Positions 34,686 through 45,958 of a stretch of DNA of 64,000 nt are shown piece after piece. Position numbers and translations under genes: made by a program. The notes below the pieces were generated by a model. The model made no database searches. It was not told the origin of the DNA and saw only the letters and a program-made list of their open reading frames with translations. Position 1 is the first letter of the stretch. The number at the start of each line of letters is the position of its first letter. Source of the DNA: an uncultured Pseudomonadota bacterium (GTDB lineage: Bacteria > Pseudomonadota > Gammaproteobacteria > Burkholderiales > SG8-39); NCBI GenBank assembly GCA_903834835.1, contig CAILKO010000043.1, forward strand, positions 103,787 to 167,786, read 5' to 3'.

Positions 34686-35087
34686 TCAGCTGGCGAGCAG
34701 CAGGCTGCGCAGGTTCCTGTCCGTCTGCCACTGCCTGCGCTCCGGTGTCGCTAACGCATGTGCCCGGGCCTCGTCGGGTGTCTGTGCGAACAGTTCGTTC
34801 AGCAGGCGCTCGGCCTGTGCGATATACGGGGGCAGGGTGCCATAGAACAGCACCAGTTCGCCGCGCTGGACGAGGAGGGTCGGAAAGTTCTCGACCTCGA
34901 AATCGTCCACCCGCTCGGCCTCGTCCTCGACGTCCACCCATGCGAATGCCGCGCGCGGAAAGGCAGCGGCAAGCGCATTGAAGGGGGCCTGGTACTGGCG
35001 GCAGGTGTCGCACCAGTCCGCGCAGAGGCACGCCACGAGAAATTCCTTCTCGCGCAGGACTTGCGGGCTGGGCAGGGGTCCGGACAT
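34686..35087 (-). CDS. Thioredoxin-family protein
   Basis: CLCADWCDTC, ENFPTLL. Confidence 0.88.
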   Translation of the reverse strand: MSGPLPSPQVLREKEFLVACLCADWCDTCRQYQAPFNALAAAFPRAAFAWVDVEDEAERVDDFEVENFPTLLVQRGELVLFYGTLPPYIAQAERLLNELFAQTPDEARAHALATPERRQWQTDRNLRSLLLAS

Positions 35088-35176
35088 GGGATGCGGAATC
35101 TATCGCCAATTCCGGGCTTGCGCCAGCGTTATGCGGTCGGCCCGACGGTGGCATCGGCTAGAATGCAAGCCGACAA

Positions 35177-35920
35177 ATGCGCATCCTGGTATCGAACGAC
35201 GACGGCTATTTTTCCCCGGGCATCAGCGCGTTGGCCGAGCGCCTGCGGCCGCTCGGCGAAGTCACGGTCGTCGCGCCCGAACGCGATCGCTCCGGTGCCT
35301 CCAATTCTCTGACGCTCGACCGCCCGCTCTACCTGCGCAAGGCGCCCAGTGGATTCTTCTATGTGAACGGCACGCCCACCGACTGCGTGCATCTGGCTGT
35401 CACCGGCATGCTCGAGCATCTGCCCGACGTGGTGGTCTCGGGGATCAACCACGGCGCCAACATGGGCGACGACACGATCTATTCGGGAACGGTGGCGGCC
35501 GCGACGGAGGGCTATCTTCTCGGGATTCCGTCCATTGCGGTGTCGCTGACCGGCAAACCCGGCACCCACCTCGCGACGGCTGCAGCGGTGGCCGCGCGTC
35601 TGGTCGAGCGGATCGTGCGCGAGCGGCCCGCGCAGCCGGTGCTCCTCAACGTGAACGTGCCCGATCTTCCGGAGGCTGAAATTCGCGGCATGGATGTCAC
35701 CCGGCTCGGTAAGCGCCATCGCGCCGAGCCGGTGATCAAGGTGCAGACACCGCGCGGCGAACCCGCTTACTGGGTCGGCGCGGCGGGCAGCGAACAGGAC
35801 GCGGGGCCGGGCACGGACTTTCACGCGATCGCGGCGGGTCGCGTGTCGGTGACACCCCTGCAGATCGATCTCACTCACCATGCGCAGACCGGGCTCGTGC
35901 GTGCCTGGCTTGGAAAGTAG
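35177..35920 (+). CDS. surE: 5'/3'-nucleotidase SurE
   Basis: [35 protein letters not shown]. Confidence 0.97.
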   Translation: MRILVSNDDGYFSPGISALAERLRPLGEVTVVAPERDRSGASNSLTLDRPLYLRKAPSGFFYVNGTPTDCVHLAVTGMLEHLPDVVVSGINHGANMGDDTIYSGTVAAATEGYLLGIPSIAVSLTGKPGTHLATAAAVAARLVERIVRERPAQPVLLNVNVPDLPEAEIRGMDVTRLGKRHRAEPVIKVQTPRGEPAYWVGAAGSEQDAGPGTDFHAIAAGRVSVTPLQIDLTHHAQTGLVRAWLGK

Positions 35921-35927
35921 CCGGGCG

Positions 35928-36626
35928 ATGAGCGCAGCGCACGGTCCAAGGCAGCTCGCCGGTATCGGCATGACTTCCCAGCGCACGCGCGCGCGCATGG
36001 TAGAGCGTCTGCGCGAGCAGGGCATACGCGATGAACGGCTGCTCGGCGCCATGGGCGCCGTGCCGCGCCATATCTTTGTCGAGGAAGCGCTCGCCAGCCG
36101 AGCCTACGAGGACACCGCGTTGCCTATCGGCTTCGGTCAGACGATTTCGCAGCCTTATGTCGTTGCGCGCATGATCGAGGCGCTTGGTGTCACGGATACC
36201 GGTGCAAGGCCGCTCGGGAAGGTGCTCGAAGTGGGAACCGGCTGCGGCTACCAGGCGGCTCTCCTTGCGCAACTCGCACCGGATGTGTACTCCGTCGAGC
36301 GGCTGCGCGCCCTGAGCGATCGCGCTCGTGCCAACCTGCGCGGCTTGCGCATCTCGAATCTCAGGCTGGTGCACGGCGATGGCTATGCAGGGCTGAAGGA
36401 AGCGGCACCCTTCGATTCGATCATCGTCGCCGCGGCGGCACGGGCGATACCGGATGCGCTGGTGGAACAGCTCGCGAACGGCGGCAGGATGGTGCTGCCG
36501 CTGCACATGCCCGGGGCCGCGCGCGAGGAGCAGCGCCTCATGCTCTTCGAGCGCAACGGGCGCACCGTTCTGCAGACCGAACTGGACTCGGTGCGGTTCG
36601 TGCCGCTGACCGCGGGCAAGGGATGA
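35928..36626 (+). CDS. pcm: Protein-L-isoaspartate O-methyltransferase
   Basis: [32 protein letters not shown]. Confidence 0.96.
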   Translation: MSAAHGPRQLAGIGMTSQRTRARMVERLREQGIRDERLLGAMGAVPRHIFVEEALASRAYEDTALPIGFGQTISQPYVVARMIEALGVTDTGARPLGKVLEVGTGCGYQAALLAQLAPDVYSVERLRALSDRARANLRGLRISNLRLVHGDGYAGLKEAAPFDSIIVAAAARAIPDALVEQLANGGRMVLPLHMPGAAREEQRLMLFERNGRTVLQTELDSVRFVPLTAGKG

Positions 36627-37636
36627 ATATGACGAGACTTCCTGCAGCGGGTGTCATCGTTGGGTTACTCGCGCTTGCGGGCTGTGCCAGCAGACCGGTT
36701 TCCGCGCCGGTGACGGACCGCACGCCGCCGGCTCAGGCAGCGCAGCGCACGCCACAGGAGCCGGTGGCTGCCGGCAGCTATGTGGTGAAGAAGGGCGATA
36801 CGCTTTATGCGATCGCGCTTGAGCACGGACTCGACTACCGCGAGCTCGCGCAGTGGAACAGACTGGACGACCCCTCGCGTATACGCGAAGGGCAGGCCCT
36901 GCGTCTTGGCGATCCGCGGGCGGCGGCTGGAACTGGAAAATCTTCAGGGCAGCAGCAGGAGCCCGTCGTCTCGGTGGGTGCCGTGAATCGCCCCGCGAAC
37001 GTCGAGTCGCGACCGCTGGATGCCGGCCGGGAGAGCGGGGCGGCGGGCGGTGCCGCAGGACGCGGCGTTGCGGCGGGCGGCATCCCCACCAAGACTGAAC
37101 CGAAGGCACAGCGCCTGCCCTATACGAAAGAAAATCTGGCGCTGCTCGCGCGCGAAGAGCAGGTGCCGCCCCCGGCCGCGACCAAAGCGCCCCCGCAGAC
37201 GGCGCCAGCGCCTGCCGCCCAGCAGGCGACCCGTGTCGAGCCGCGCCCCGAATCCAGACCTGAAGGCGAGGCGGTGAGTTTCTCCTGGCCGGCCCGGGGC
37301 AAGGTGATTGCCGGATTCTCGGAGCCAGGCAACAAAGGGGTAGATATCGACGGCAAGCCGGGCGATCCGGTGCTGGCCGCCGCTCCCGGCAGGGTCATGT
37401 ACACCGGGACGGGCATCCGTGGCTACGGGAAGCTGATCGTCATCAAGCACGATGACGGCTACAACAGCGTCTACGCGCACAACCGGGAAATTCTGGTGAA
37501 GGAAGGGCAGCCCGTGACCCGGGGCGAGCGCATCGCGGAACTCGGTGATACCGATGCGGAGCGGCCGAAGCTGCACTTCGAGATCCGCAAGTCCGGCAAG
37601 CCGGTCGATCCCGCGAAGTTTCTCGAAGCGCGCTAG
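36623..37636 (+). CDS. nlpD: Lipoprotein NlpD (LysM + M23)
   Basis: Lipobox LAGC, Lys[15 protein letters not shown]23 YAHN/LHFEIR. Confidence 0.93.
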   Translation: MNMTRLPAAGVIVGLLALAGCASRPVSAPVTDRTPPAQAAQRTPQEPVAAGSYVVKKGDTLYAIALEHGLDYRELAQWNRLDDPSRIREGQALRLGDPRAAAGTGKSSGQQQEPVVSVGAVNRPANVESRPLDAGRESGAAGGAAGRGVAAGGIPTKTEPKAQRLPYTKENLALLAREEQVPPPAATKAPPQTAPAPAAQQATRVEPRPESRPEGEAVSFSWPARGKVIAGFSEPGNKGVDIDGKPGDPVLAAAPGRVMYTGTGIRGYGKLIVIKHDDGYNSVYAHNREILVKEGQPVTRGERIAELGDTDAERPKLHFEIRKSGKPVDPAKFLEAR

Positions 37637-37645
37637 GCGGCGCAG

Positions 37646-38659
37646 TCAGAAGGGCGCGCGCTCGCGCAGCGCTGCGGCGAAGTCCGCCACCGCAGAAGCA
37701 TAGAGCGCGCTGCGGTTGTAGCGCGTCAGTACCCAGAAATTGTGAAAGCCGATCCGGAATTCGCTCGCCCGGGTTGGTGTATCGAGTTCGATCAGCACGC
37801 CGAGCATGTCGTCCGGAATCGCGGGCGCGCCATCCGACGCACGCACGCCCGCCGCGCGCAGCGCGTCCATCCTGATTTTCGGAAGCACCGCGCCGTCGAT
37901 CAGGCCACGGTAGGCGTCTCCCTCCAGCACTGCCGTGCTCATCACGGGTGCGCCCGATTTCCAGCCGTGCCTGGCGAGGAAATTCGCGACGCTGCCTATC
38001 GCGTCGGCACTGCTCGCGCGCAGGTCGATGCTGCCGTCGCCATCGTAGTCGACCGCGAACCGGAGGTAGCTTCCGGGCATGAATTGCGGCATGCCGATCG
38101 CGCCGGCGTAAGACCCCAGCACGGAGAACACGTTCAGATCGGCGCCGCGGGCGTAAATCAGATAGTTCTCCAGTTCGCCCCGGAAATACGCGGCGCGCTC
38201 CGGATAGTCGAAGCTCAATGTCGTGAGCGCGTCGATGACCCGCCAGCGTCCCATATTGCGTCCGTAGAAGGTTTCCACGCCGATGATCGCGGCGATAACT
38301 TCTTCAGGTATGCCGTACTCCATGCGCGCGCGCGCGAGCAGCACGCGGTTTGCGCGTACGAATTCGACGCCCGCGTCGAGGCGTCGGGCGTTCAGAAAAT
38401 TCGCGCGGTAGCGCTCCCAGGAGCGTGCCGCCTCGCGCGGGCGTATCGCGTCGAGCGCCGCGGGGAGCGGGCGCGCGCGGAGGAACACCTCCGACAGTTC
38501 TTCGGCCCGGAAGCCGTGCTTCGCCACCATCTCGGCGATGAATGCGCGCACATCCTCGCGCTCTGCGTAGCCGGCGCGCGCCGCGGCGGGGAGGGCCGGC
38601 AGGGCAGTCGTCAGGAAGACGACCGAAAGGAGCACGCGAAGAAGGGGGGCGAGTCTCAT
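37646..38659 (-). CDS. mltB: Lytic murein transglycosylase B
   Basis: IIGVETFYG, GSYAGAIGMPQFMPGSY, TRYNRSALYA. Confidence 0.93.
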   Translation of the reverse strand: MRLAPLLRVLLSVVFLTTALPALPAAARAGYAEREDVRAFIAEMVAKHGFRAEELSEVFLRARPLPAALDAIRPREAARSWERYRANFLNARRLDAGVEFVRANRVLLARARMEYGIPEEVIAAIIGVETFYGRNMGRWRVIDALTTLSFDYPERAAYFRGELENYLIYARGADLNVFSVLGSYAGAIGMPQFMPGSYLRFAVDYDGDGSIDLRASSADAIGSVANFLARHGWKSGAPVMSTAVLEGDAYRGLIDGAVLPKIRMDALRAAGVRASDGAPAIPDDMLGVLIELDTPTRASEFRIGFHNFWVLTRYNRSALYASAVADFAAALRERAPF

Positions 38660-38669
38660 CGGGACGTCC

Positions 38670-40706
38670 TCACTGGAGCCGAAATTCGCGCACGAGGCGG
38701 CGCAGTTCGGCAACTTGCTCCGGTTTTGGGTCGCGCCCATAGCGAAGCTGGATGTAGAGCGCTGCAATCCGGGAGACTGCACCTGCCTGGCCGGGCAGGC
38801 TCGCGGATACGCGGGCCGAGTAGTCGAGCGGCCCTTCGTTGTCCTGCCGCGCGACGCCACGTGTTGCGAGCTTCATGCAGAACGCATCCCAGGCGCGTTT
38901 GACCGGGTCGGGCAGGACCATGCGGCGCACGGCCCAGGCAAGGAGTCCGAGCGTAAGCAGTCCGAGCAGGGTGAAGAGGGCGGCGGTCAGGGTGCGCCAG
39001 TCGGCGTCCTTCATGCCAACGAAGGCGAGCAGATCGCGCTGACGGTCCGGATTGTAGCCGAGCACCCAGAGATTCCACTTGTGAGAAACCGCTTCCCACT
39101 CGTAGCGCAGGCTGCGCAGCCACTCGAGCTGGGGTCGCATGAGGTAAGGGACCGGATCGGTATTCGGCACGGAGCGCGCGAGCCCCTGTTCCACGCGGCC
39201 GGGCACCGCGAGCGCAGTGGGATCGACGCGTACCCAGCCACGGCCTGCGATATGGACTTCGGACCAGGCATGCGCGTCCGACTGGCGGACGGTGATGATG
39301 CGGTCCACAGGATTCGGCTCGCCACCCTGGTAGCCAGTCACCACGCGCGCAGGGATGCCTGCGGCGCGCATCAGGAACGTGAAGGCAGAGGAGAAGTGCT
39401 CGCAGAATCCCGCCTTCGTCGTGAACAGAAATTCGTCGACGGTGTCACGGCCCAGCAGCGGCGGTTCAAGCGTGTACGTCAGACGCTGTCCGCGCATGAA
39501 TTCGATCGCACGGGCAAGCACGGCGGAGTCGTCCCGCAGATCGCGACGCCAGCCTTCCGCGAGTTCGATGGCTTTCGGATTGACGCTGCGCGGCAGTCGC
39601 AGCGCGCGGGCGAGCGAACTCTCCCGCGCGTCCGGCATCGCGATACCCGAGGCGACCGATGAAAGGTCATAGCGTATCCGTGCGCGCACCGTATTGCGAG
39701 CGAGCAACTGACCGTCGAGCGTCATTCGGGCGCCGGCCGGCGCACTGACGGGTGTTTCGAGTGCGAACATCCAGTTCCGGTTGTGGGCTTCCAGGACTAC
39801 TGAGTAGTCGAAACGCGGTCCCGGCGCCGGATTGTCGATCCGCTCCGCAATTTCGGGAAAGCCCATGTTCCAGGTGCGGCCGTCAAAATCCCAGAGCACC
39901 GGACCGCGCCAGTAGCGCAGGCGCTGGGGCGGTGGGTCGCCCTGAAATTCCGCGCGAAAAGCAATGGAATCGGACAACGCGACCTGTGCGAGATTGCCCG
40001 GCGCCATGCTCTCCGACAGGCCCGTCACACCACTCAGACTGTCCTGAGGCACGCCCCAGAGCGGCCCTTGTACGCGCGGAAAAAGCAGGAACAGCACGAG
40101 CGCTGCGGGCGCCGCGTGTGCGAACAGCAGACCGGCGGTGCGCAGGTTGTCGCGCAAGGCGCGGTGAGGCGCGTTGAATCCGACCAGTGTCGCGGTGATG
40201 GCGAGCACGGCCAGGCACATCAGGAGCGCCGTGGGTATGGTCTGTGTGTAAAGAAAGTTCGTGATCACGAGGAAGTAGCACAGAAAGGCAATGACCGAGG
40301 CGTCTCGGTGGGTACGCGATTCGAGCAACTTCAGGCCTGCAAACAGCATCAGCAGAATGATGCCGGGTGAACGACCGAACAGCGTGCGGAACTCGAGCCA
40401 GACCCCAAACATGCCAAGCGCGGTGATCGCAAGCAGCATCCAGCGAGAGGGGAGCCCGGCACCGTTCATGGCGATACGTAGCCGCCACGCAAAAAGCAGC
40501 GCCGTCAGCACGCCCAGCCACCAGGGGGCACGCAGCGCGTGAGGAGCCGTTACGAGCACAAGCGACACCAGAAGCCCGACGATGTCGGCAAGCGAAATCG
40601 GGCGCTGTTCGGGAATCAGCGGGTGACCTAAGGCGCGCAAGGGATCACCGCTCCGCCGAGGGCTGTTAGGGTCATGTCGCTGCCAGCGGGCGACCATGCA
40701 TGGCAA
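38670..40706 (-). CDS. tgpA: Transglutaminase TgpA-like membrane protein (DUF3488 + TGase + DUF4129); start uncertain
   Basis: GFCEHFSSAF, ARVVTGYQGG, HAWSEV, WVRVDPT. Confidence 0.9.
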   Translation of the reverse strand: MPCMVARWQRHDPNSPRRSGDPLRALGHPLIPEQRPISLADIVGLLVSLVLVTAPHALRAPWWLGVLTALLFAWRLRIAMNGAGLPSRWMLLAITALGMFGVWLEFRTLFGRSPGIILLMLFAGLKLLESRTHRDASVIAFLCYFLVITNFLYTQTIPTALLMCLAVLAITATLVGFNAPHRALRDNLRTAGLLFAHAAPAALVLFLLFPRVQGPLWGVPQDSLSGVTGLSESMAPGNLAQVALSDSIAFRAEFQGDPPPQRLRYWRGPVLWDFDGRTWNMGFPEIAERIDNPAPGPRFDYSVVLEAHNRNWMFALETPVSAPAGARMTLDGQLLARNTVRARIRYDLSSVASGIAMPDARESSLARALRLPRSVNPKAIELAEGWRRDLRDDSAVLARAIEFMRGQRLTYTLEPPLLGRDTVDEFLFTTKAGFCEHFSSAFTFLMRAAGIPARVVTGYQGGEPNPVDRIITVRQSDAHAWSEVHIAGRGWVRVDPTALAVPGRVEQGLARSVPNTDPVPYLMRPQLEWLRSLRYEWEAVSHKWNLWVLGYNPDRQRDLLAFVGMKDADWRTLTAALFTLLGLLTLGLLAWAVRRMVLPDPVKRAWDAFCMKLATRGVARQDNEGPLDYSARVSASLPGQAGAVSRIAALYIQLRYGRDPKPEQVAELRRLVREFRLQ

Positions 40707-41655
40707 GCGCCTCCAGACAGGCCGCGCGGTGCGTATCGCCGCTGCCGGGCGCGATCTCCCTGCCGGGCAGGCGCAGGCCGTAGTGCAGGCCTGCCTGTTC
40801 TGCGGCGAGAACCCAGCCTGTCAGCCGGGAGAGACGCTGCTCAACGCTGTCTGACCCTGGAACCCGCGACCACTCCAGCCACAGACGCGCAGCGGAATCC
40901 CCGGTGAATTGTTTCGTGTACATCTCGCCGCTGCGCGCCAGGGTTTTCCATGCCACATGGCGAGGCGAATCGCTCGGCTGATGGCTGCGCAGTCCGGCGT
41001 AGTCGTCATTCCCGGGAGCAAGGGTCTGGAACTGCCCATCGGATGCGCTGCCCGAGGAGGGCGGCAGCGGCAGAAATTCAGGTCGGGGATACACGAGGCA
41101 CTGCGAATCCGGCTCGACATAGCTCCAGGCGCGGAACAGCCCGAGCGGGAAGCGGGTTTCGAGCATCACCCGCCCGAGCGGCAACAGGCCGCGAGTGTCG
41201 ACAGGAATCGCAAGCGGCACTTCGGTCAGGTTGCCTGCGGGAACAAGTATGACGAGTTGTGCGCCGGATTCCACGTGCCGCACCAGGATCGAGTGGCGAT
41301 CGAAGCGTACGCCGCTCTCGAGGTACAGCCGGAATCGCGCTGACTCACCGACAAATACGGGATCCGACCGTCCGGTGCTTACTGTCAGGCGTGCGAGATT
41401 TCGGAAGGTGTGCACCATGCAGGCAAGACCCATTCCGGCCAGCATGAAGGTGAGGGCGAAACCAAGGGAGAGCGCAAAGTTGATCGACCCGATCAGCATG
41501 ACAAGCAGGCTCGTCGCGTAGATCCATCCCAGTCGCGATGGAACAATGTAGACGCGCCGGTGGCCCAGATGAATGACACCGCGCTCGGGCGGCTTGAAGC
41601 CGTAGAACCAGTCTGCGATGCGCGCAGGCAGGGGCTGTGTCCGGCCGGCGGTCAT
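40672..41655 (-). CDS. DUF58-domain protein
   Basis: RRVYIVPS, TRFPLGLFRAW, GLRSHQPSDSPRHVAWK. Confidence 0.88.
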   Translation of the reverse strand: MTAGRTQPLPARIADWFYGFKPPERGVIHLGHRRVYIVPSRLGWIYATSLLVMLIGSINFALSLGFALTFMLAGMGLACMVHTFRNLARLTVSTGRSDPVFVGESARFRLYLESGVRFDRHSILVRHVESGAQLVILVPAGNLTEVPLAIPVDTRGLLPLGRVMLETRFPLGLFRAWSYVEPDSQCLVYPRPEFLPLPPSSGSASDGQFQTLAPGNDDYAGLRSHQPSDSPRHVAWKTLARSGEMYTKQFTGDSAARLWLEWSRVPGSDSVEQRLSRLTGWVLAAEQAGLHYGLRLPGREIAPGSGDTHRAACLEALAMHGRPLAAT

Positions 41656-42266
41656 GCGGTCGGCCCCTCGTACTTCCAGCGGCCGCGCCAGGCAGCGTGC
41701 ACTGCGGAGGGGTATTCGGGACGCCCGAGGCTTCCGTTGTAACGGCCAAGTGCCCGGAAGTAGTCGCCCTTCTCGATGTCGAGATAGTGCCGCAGGATGA
41801 CGCAGCCGTAGCGAAGATTCGTGCGCACGTGGAACAGGTTATCGGTCTTCTGGCCGATCAGACCGCTCCAGAACGGCATCACCTGCATATAGCCTCGCGC
41901 GCCCGCGCCGGAGACCGCGTATTTGCGAAATCCGCTCTCAACTTCGATCAGGCCGAGGACGAGTTGGGGATCCAGGCCGGCGCGGGTCGCTTCGTAGTGC
42001 ACCGACTTGAGAACGTCGGTGCGAACGACCCGGTCGGGCAGACGTTTCTGCAGGCGGCGCGACATGTCGTCGAGCCAGCGGTGAGCGTCCTCCGCCCGTG
42101 CAAAATTCAGGACCGGTGCGCTGCGGTCGCTGACCGCAGCGCTGAGCTCAGTCCGGACGCTGTTGGCGAGCGGCTCGTAGATCTGGTTGCCGGCCCGGGC
42201 GACATTGATAACGGCCGCCGCAGCGAACAGCAGCACGAGGCAGGCCGTCTGTGCCCGGTGGATCAT
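41652..42266 (-). CDS. SLT-domain lytic transglycosylase
   Basis: [27 protein letters not shown]. Confidence 0.9.
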   Translation of the reverse strand: MIHRAQTACLVLLFAAAAVINVARAGNQIYEPLANSVRTELSAAVSDRSAPVLNFARAEDAHRWLDDMSRRLQKRLPDRVVRTDVLKSVHYEATRAGLDPQLVLGLIEVESGFRKYAVSGAGARGYMQVMPFWSGLIGQKTDNLFHVRTNLRYGCVILRHYLDIEKGDYFRALGRYNGSLGRPEYPSAVHAAWRGRWKYEGPTA

Positions 42267-43984
42267 GCGCTGGCGAGTGCCCTCTTCAGATGTTCGAGCG
42301 CCTCGTCGATCGGCACATTGACCGAGGACGCGTCGCGTCTGCCCTTGTATTCCGCCGTGCCGGCCTTGAGGCCGCGATCGGAGATGACCAGGCGATGTGG
42401 AATGCCAATGAGTTCCATGTCGGCAAACATCACGCCGGGCCGCTCGTCCCGGTCATCGAACAGCACGTCGACGCCTGAAGCGAGGAGCGCATCGTAAAGT
42501 TTCACCGCGGTCTCCATGACCGCCGGATTCTTCGCGCCGCCTATCGGCAGGATCGCGACGCTGAATGGCGCGATCTGCGCAGGAAACACGATCCCCTTGT
42601 CGTCGTGACCTTGTTCGATCGCGGCCGCGACGATGCGTGACACGCCGATTCCGTAACACCCCATCACCATCGGGCGACTCGTGCCGGACTCGTCGAGGTA
42701 CACGGCTTTCATCGCCTCGGAGTATTTCGTGCCGAGCTGAAAGATATGGCCTACTTCGATGCCGCGGCAGATCGCGAGCTTTCCGGTTCCGTCAGGACTC
42801 GCGTCGCCATCGACCACGTTGCGGATGTCGGCAACCAAATCGGGCTCGGGCAGATCGCGTCCCCAGTTGACATCCTTGAGGTGGAAGCCTTCCTCGTTCG
42901 CACCGCATGCGAAATCCGACAGCGCTGCCGCCGAGCGATCCGCAACCACCCGTACCTTCCTATCGGCAGAGATCGGCGGAGGGCCGATATAGCCCGGCCT
43001 GCATCCGAGGTGCTGTTCGATCTCGGCATCGGTCGCGAACCTCAGGCCGGCCATGCCGTCGATCTTGCCGGCCTTCAGTTCGTTAAGCGAGTGATCGCCA
43101 CGCAACATCAACAGGCAGAAGCCGTCGCTCCCCATGGCTGCGATCGCCTTCATTGTCTTCTCGAGCGGCAGTTTCAGGAGGGCCGCAAGATCCTCGCAGC
43201 GGGTGGTTCCCGGCGTCGCGACCTTATCGAGTGGCCGGGATGCAGGGGCGCGTCCGGAAGCGGGCGCGACGGCCTCCGCAAGCTCGATGTTCGCCGCAAA
43301 ACCGGAATCCTGTGAATAGGCGATTGCGTCTTCGCCCGAGTCGGCGAGCACATGAAACTCATGCGAGCCCGTCCCGCCGATTGCGCCGGTATCAGCCGCG
43401 ACTGCGCGGAACTGCAGTCCGAGGCGGGTGAATATGCGCGTGTACGTTTCGTACATGTTCCGATACTCGCGTTCGAGATCCGCGTGGTCCGCGTGAAAGG
43501 AGTAGCCATCCTTCATCAGGAATTCGCGGGCGCGCATTACGCCGAAACGCGGCCGGATCTCGTCCCGGAACTTCGTCTGGATCTGATACAGGTGGACCGG
43601 CAGCTGGCGGTAGCTCTTGATTTCGCGCCTGGCGACATCGGTCACTACTTCCTCATGCGTCGGTCCATAGAGGAAGGCGCGCTCATGGCGGTCTATGATT
43701 TTGAGCATCTGCGGGCCGAACGCTTCCCAGCGTCCGGTTTCTTGCCATAACTCGGCCGGGACCACGCTCGGCATCAGCATCTCCAGAGCGCCGGCGCGAT
43801 TCATTTCCTCGCGCACGATCGATTCGACCTTGCGCAGGACTCGGTGACCGAGCGGAAGCCAGGAATAGAGCCCGGAGCCGAGGCGGCGTATCAGGCCGGC
43901 GCGCAGCATGAGGCGATGGCTGACCAGTTCCGCTTCCGCGGGGGCCTCCTTGAGCGTGCTTAGGAAAAACTTTGACGTTCGCAT
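42263..43984 (-). CDS. proS: Proline--tRNA ligase
   Basis: [34 protein letters not shown]. Confidence 0.98.
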   Translation of the reverse strand: MRTSKFFLSTLKEAPAEAELVSHRLMLRAGLIRRLGSGLYSWLPLGHRVLRKVESIVREEMNRAGALEMLMPSVVPAELWQETGRWEAFGPQMLKIIDRHERAFLYGPTHEEVVTDVARREIKSYRQLPVHLYQIQTKFRDEIRPRFGVMRAREFLMKDGYSFHADHADLEREYRNMYETYTRIFTRLGLQFRAVAADTGAIGGTGSHEFHVLADSGEDAIAYSQDSGFAANIELAEAVAPASGRAPASRPLDKVATPGTTRCEDLAALLKLPLEKTMKAIAAMGSDGFCLLMLRGDHSLNELKAGKIDGMAGLRFATDAEIEQHLGCRPGYIGPPPISADRKVRVVADRSAAALSDFACGANEEGFHLKDVNWGRDLPEPDLVADIRNVVDGDASPDGTGKLAICRGIEVGHIFQLGTKYSEAMKAVYLDESGTSRPMVMGCYGIGVSRIVAAAIEQGHDDKGIVFPAQIAPFSVAILPIGGAKNPAVMETAVKLYDALLASGVDVLFDDRDERPGVMFADMELIGIPHRLVISDRGLKAGTAEYKGRRDASSVNVPIDEALEHLKRALASA

Positions 43985-44085
43985 GGGTAAGACACCGCGC
44001 CGGAAAAGGGTACGCGGCGCCGCATTGTCTTTGTAGGAAGGCTATGGAAAAATCAAGGCGGATTCTAACTTAAGGCGGTACGGCC

Positions 44086-44682
44086 ATGCTCGATAAGGAC
44101 GGCTACAGGCCTAACGTCGGCATCATCCTCGCCAACGCCCGGAACGAGGTGTTCTGGGGCAAGCGCATCAGGCAGCATGCGTGGCAGTTTCCGCAGGGCG
44201 GTATCCAGCAGGGTGAGACGCCCGTTCAGGCCATGTACCGGGAACTCGAAGAGGAAGTCGGTCTGGGTGCGGATCACGTACGCATTCTCGGTCGCACCCG
44301 GGAGTGGTTGAAGTACGATGTCCCCGGGCACTGGATGCGGCGCGACCGAGATGGTGACGAAGCCGGCGCCTCCCGTCGCATTGCCTACCGGGGCCAGAAG
44401 CAGCTCTGGTTCCTGCTGCGCATGGTAGGCCGGGACTGCGACGTTCGTCTGCGCGCGAGCGGGCATCCGGAATTTGACGCATGGCGCTGGCATGAATACT
44501 GGATCCCGCTTGATGCGGTGATCGAATTCAAGCGAGACGTTTACCATCAGGCACTCACCGAACTTCATCGGTTCCTCGGCGCGGACCGGAGAATGCGAGC
44601 CCGCAGGGATGGCGATCGAGCGCGTGGCACGGCAGGCCACGAGGAAACATTCGAGACTGCTGTCGGATTTTCGGAGCCCTGA
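44086..44682 (+). CDS. rppH: RNA pyrophosphohydrolase
   Basis: [17 protein letters not shown] Nudix box, GQKQLWFLL. Confidence 0.95.
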   Translation: MLDKDGYRPNVGIILANARNEVFWGKRIRQHAWQFPQGGIQQGETPVQAMYRELEEEVGLGADHVRILGRTREWLKYDVPGHWMRRDRDGDEAGASRRIAYRGQKQLWFLLRMVGRDCDVRLRASGHPEFDAWRWHEYWIPLDAVIEFKRDVYHQALTELHRFLGADRRMRARRDGDRARGTAGHEETFETAVGFSEP

Positions 44683-44820
44683 AACAGGTTGCAGCACGAG
44701 TCTGCGACCCTTGCGTCAGACTGCGGTTTTCGGGGCCGGTCCGCGGAACTGCCATTGAAACCGGATCAAGGTGCCCCAAACTTACATCCGGTGCTATCCA
44801 ACCCGTCGGAGCAGGTACAC

Positions 44821-45405
44821 ATGTCGAAGATAACCCCGGACAGCCTGATGACGCTGGAGGCCTATTCGAAGCAGCGTAACGCCTTCCGCGCCAAGGTGAT
44901 TGAGCACAAGAATGCCCGTCGCGTCGCGATCGGGCCGCATGTGACGCTGAACTTCGAAGACGAACTCACGATTCGTTATCAGATCCAGGAGATGCTGCGC
45001 ATCGAGCGCATCTTCGAGGAGGATGGCATACGCAATGAACTTGAAGCATACAACCCGTTGATTCCGGATGGTGCCAATCTCAAGGCCACGATGATGATCG
45101 AGTATCCGGATCTTGACGAGCGGCGGCTCGCGCTCGCGCGTCTGAAGGGGATAGAGGACACAGTCTGGTTGCGTGTGGGCGACGGCGCGCGGATCTTCGC
45201 CGTCGCAGATGAGGATCTCGAGCGGGAGAACGATGAGAAGACTTCCGCCGTTCATTTTCTGCGCTTCGAACTGGATCGTGATTCCTGCGATGCGGCGCGC
45301 TCCGGCGCGCCCATCGCGATCGGTGTCGATCACGCTGAAATCAAGGTCATCGTAGATCCGCTACCCCAAGTTGCACGCGACTCTCTTGCAGGAGATCTCG
45401 CTTGA
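44821..45405 (+). CDS. DUF3501-family protein
   Basis: RYQIQEMLRIE, ELEAYNPLIP, KTSAVHFLRF. Confidence 0.85.
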   Translation: MSKITPDSLMTLEAYSKQRNAFRAKVIEHKNARRVAIGPHVTLNFEDELTIRYQIQEMLRIERIFEEDGIRNELEAYNPLIPDGANLKATMMIEYPDLDERRLALARLKGIEDTVWLRVGDGARIFAVADEDLERENDEKTSAVHFLRFELDRDSCDAARSGAPIAIGVDHAEIKVIVDPLPQVARDSLAGDLA

Positions 45406-45914
45406 GTGGCGGGCGGGTGCGCAGTGTTATTGCCTGCGTGCTTGCGGTAGCCTCGACGACCGGATTGGCGCAGTCAAAGAGCGACTGGGAACTCGATCAG
45501 GAGGAGCGCTACTGGAATGAAGGGGAAGTAACCCTGCCGCCGATGCCCAGGGATACGGATCTCGTTGAATTCGAGCCCACGGCATCAAGCAGTTTCCGCT
45601 TCTTCGTTGATCGCACCACCCTCTCGATCGGAAAGGATCGCGTGATACGGTACACGCTCGTTGCACGCAGTTCGAGCGGAATTTCCAACGTGAGCTACGA
45701 AGGCATGCGCTGCAAGTCGAACGAACTGCGTATCTATGCGCTCGGCCGCGGGCCTGTATGGGCGGAACGGCCGAAGGAGTGGGTCAATATCGGCTCGAAA
45801 GGACAGCTCTGGCACAGGGCGCTGTATCGCGATTACCTGTGCAAAGTCGGAACGACACCCTTGAGCGTGGACGAAATTCTCAAGGTCATGCCGCGGGGCG
45901 GATTCCATCGCTGA
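45402..45914 (+). CDS. CNP1-like exported protein
   Basis: Signal peptide, FFVDRTTLSIG..VIRYTLVARS..NVSYEGMRC. Confidence 0.8.
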   Translation: MSGGRVRSVIACVLAVASTTGLAQSKSDWELDQEERYWNEGEVTLPPMPRDTDLVEFEPTASSSFRFFVDRTTLSIGKDRVIRYTLVARSSSGISNVSYEGMRCKSNELRIYALGRGPVWAERPKEWVNIGSKGQLWHRALYRDYLCKVGTTPLSVDEILKVMPRGGFHR

Positions 45915-45958
45915 CGCGACCTTTCCGGCCGCAGCCTTGGCAGCGAGGCAGATCCGTG

